DNA of 61,880 nt, filler included, from Squatina squatina (Eukaryota): the NCBI GenBank assembly GCA_031763465.1. It is 4 parts of 3 records of this genome, joined end to end, with 100 filler letters (N's around TTAATTAATTAA, not from the genome) between each part and the next. Parts side by side here need not be neighbours in the genome. Positions count along the whole stretch, not along the records: positions 49,428 to 61,880 come from JARFOE010000004.1; 3 more parts are not named here. One strand, written 5' to 3'. Positions 60,501 through 61,880 of the stretch are shown here, one piece after another. A program made the position numbers and the translations under genes. How positions within the stretch are numbered: position 1 is the stretch's first letter; the number at the start of each line of letters is the position of its first letter. The notes beneath the pieces are model-generated. The model worked only from the letters and a program-made list of their open reading frames with translations, was not told the DNA's origin and did not search any database.

Positions 60501-61880
60501 GAGGAATTTTATTTTCTAATGGAAACAAAACCAGCAAGCTAGACTGTAAAAAAATTAATCCCCTCAAGTGGTCAGAAATTTCCAGGAGATTTGGAATTTA
60601 TCCAACCTTATCCTATGTTTACTTTTTGGGCTATTGTGCTAAGAGTTCTTCCTGATGAGACCTGCAAGCAGCTACCTGGAGCACTTTACAAACTTTCTCT
60701 GAGGATTACCGACCTGGCAGATCATTGTCCCTACATCAAAGGAAAGCAGATGTTGTCCCAGAGCACACGTTTCCAAGGCCTTGTTTGTTTCTGGTTAAGC
60801 TGTTCTGTTAATGTTATTACCAGCTGTTTGTTGATCCAGATTTATGGGATTCTAGTATAGATCCAATAGTGGTAAAGTAATTAATAATCAACTTGACAGA
60901 CTTGCTTCTAAGACAACTTTCTAGATTCCTTAAAATGGATGTTAATTATTTACCAGCGGGCATTGGTTGTGCTCGGATAATCTAATACTGAGTCATTGAC
61001 CTTGGGAAAAATAAAGAGATGTGATAAGCAGGAATTGTGTTTTTGAAAGCTGATTGTCNNNNNNNNNNNNNNNNNNNNNNNNNNNNNNNNNNNNNNNNNN
61101 NNNNNNNNNNNNNNNNNNNNNNNNNNNNNNNNNNNNNNNNNNNNNNNNNNNNNNNNNNCTACAGCCATTTCTCTGTTCAGAACTGTATCCTTCCTTCTGT
61201 AGCCATAGTGTATCTCCCCTTCAAGAGGTGCTGGCTGGCTTTAAGTGACATCAGAAAGGGTTGATATCAGTTTACCCCAAACGGATGTGCAGCAAGCGCT
61301 ACTCACGGTATTCATTGCTCATGATAATTAGCAGGCAGTATGAGCATTACGCGTTGCCTGGGAGAACATTAACAGGCACATGCAGTACACCCTGTGTCCC
61401 CATCCCCACTGTATGCCCATTTTTAGTTGCAATCGAAATCCTCTGTCAACTCCTTCAGGAGGGAGCTGAACATTGGTGCGAAAAAATAAGTCAAAGAAAG
61501 AAAGAAGTGCATGAACTGTAAAGATTTACAAAGGTTTTGATCACAGAATGCTCCCTGGAGAGTTTGTGCCTGTGATGAGCTGCCGTCTTTTCTATATATA
61601 ATAAACAGTCTCTCAATAACTTTTTGCAGCACAGTTTCGATATCTATAATGTCACTCTCATTGTTTGACTGAATCGTTCTAGCCGATTACAGAAGCCAGT
61701 GATTGCTAATTAAATAGTTAATTATTCATGGTGCTTTTCTATTTGCATAGCAGACACATGTTGGGATATGAGTTATTTGAGGTTTATGAATCTTAAAAAA
61801 TAAAGATTCCTTGATAAATTAATACAGGGGCCCAGGGGTTTCATTAAAAGGTGGCTGGAGGCTGCCAGTTCCAGAGAAAA

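Overview
Eukaryotic DNA, almost certainly from a cartilaginous fish (shark): SacSINE1/DeuSINE-type SINEs and shark-type CR1, L2, Tx1 and Harbinger repeats. It comes from a very fragmented assembly in which ~1-3 kb contigs are joined by 100-N gaps. Three artificial linkers (44N-TTAATTAATTAA-44N) split the window into four apparently unrelated scaffolds. (1) 1-18158: two GTF2A1L exons (+) tail-to-tail with five exons of the luteinizing hormone receptor LHCGR (-), including the LHCGR-specific exon 10 and a long hinge, plus one stray calpain exon. (2) 18259-33517: a block matching human 8q24.3 with exons of SCRIB, FAM83H, TONSL and MAF1, a rapunzel-family ORF convergent with FAM83H, and many minisatellites. 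(3) 33618-49327: EPHA7 exon 2 (-) and probable upstream gene desert, with an ungapped 175-nt hairpin. (4) 49428-61880: no confident exon; repeats and candidate conserved non-coding sequence. Best leads: a rapunzel-like gene outside teleosts, the G-U-biased hairpin near EPHA7, the expanded LHCGR hinge, a Tx1-like insertion with TSD inside an L2, and two 33-bp minisatellites arising from retroposons. Gene identities come from recalled homologue sequences, not from database searches.
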